A stretch of 16,942 nucleotides of DNA, taken from positions 1 through 16,942 of the forward strand of contig JANNXQ010000045.1 of the NCBI GenBank assembly GCA_031409655.1, read 5' to 3'. Under the pieces are notes generated by a model. It ran no database searches and had not been told where the DNA came from. It saw only the letters and a list, made by a program, of their open reading frames with translations. Position 1 is the stretch's first letter; every line of letters begins with the position of its first letter. The DNA comes from Chthoniobacteraceae bacterium. GTDB lineage: Bacteria; Verrucomicrobiota; Verrucomicrobiia; Chthoniobacterales; Chthoniobacteraceae. The translations under genes were made by a program, and so were the position numbers. Positions 16,537-16,942 of the stretch are shown here, piece by piece.

Positions 16537-16942
16537 TTACTTTGAGGCGGGGTGGGAAAAGAGACGCTGGTGGAGATCGTAGATTCGCTGCAACTCGGCG
16601 ATGGGCGCGGGATGGTCGTCCACCCGCAGGTCCCGGTAGCGATCATTGAGCCCCGCATAACCCCAGCCTTCGCGGACGACGAGCAGTGCGGCGCTTTGCA
16701 TCCCGCGCTTGTCCCCGCCTTTCGTCTGACCCGCGGCAAGCGCATCGAGGAGACGCTGCCCGAGTTCCTTCCCGCTTTCCGCAGATTGCTCGAAACTTTC
16801 CACCATCGCCGCGACGACCGCTTCGCCCGCGAGGATGTTTCCCTGCACCGCAAAATTCGGCCCCGTGCGCCCCCCCGCCCAATCGAGGCATTTCGCGCCA
16901 GTGAAACTCGCCGCTTTTCCATCCGCAGCGACCATGCCGACC
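16537..16942 (-). CDS. DUF1028 (Ntn-hydrolase-like) protein, 5' part outside the window
   Basis: FTG..C..WAG, AVQGNILAG, LL.ALAAGQ..GGDKRG.QSAALLVV and DLRVDDH..PI.EL.RI. Confidence 0.9.
   Translation of the reverse strand, partial: VGMVAADGKAASFTGAKCLDWAGGRTGPNFAVQGNILAGEAVVAAMVESFEQSAESGKELGQRLLDALAAGQTKGGDKRGMQSAALLVVREGWGYAGLNDRYRDLRVDDHPAPIAELQRIYDLHQRLFSHPASK

Overview
GC-rich bacterial window; the IS, attC and REP styles suggest Verrucomicrobia/PVC, which is an inference. The left ~8 kb is an accessory mobile island. It opens with an apparently complete IS110-family element (1-1671) inserted into an integron attC half-site. The 5' non-coding end of this IS folds into a ~270-nt bridge-RNA-like structure, and one of its loops carries a 9-nt exact match to the flanking attC sequence. 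Next come a secreted-protein gene cassette, the 3' end of a group II intron, a truncated IS256 and two PIN-type toxin-antitoxin pairs. These are followed by a protein made only of 9 helicase-associated (HA) repeats, preceded by an unexplained array of seven 12-bp palindromes at an exact 41-bp period. A REP-like GGGGTCAAC..TTGAAAC motif sits at three gene-truncation junctions. The right half is mostly housekeeping: DUF362 protein, RbsBAC-like sugar ABC transporter, TlpA redoxin, SMP-30/gluconolactonase and partial DUF1028. It also holds a decayed IS66, a solitary type I-G(I-U)-like CRISPR repeat and several REP/heptamer hairpins. All calls were made by eye, without database searches.
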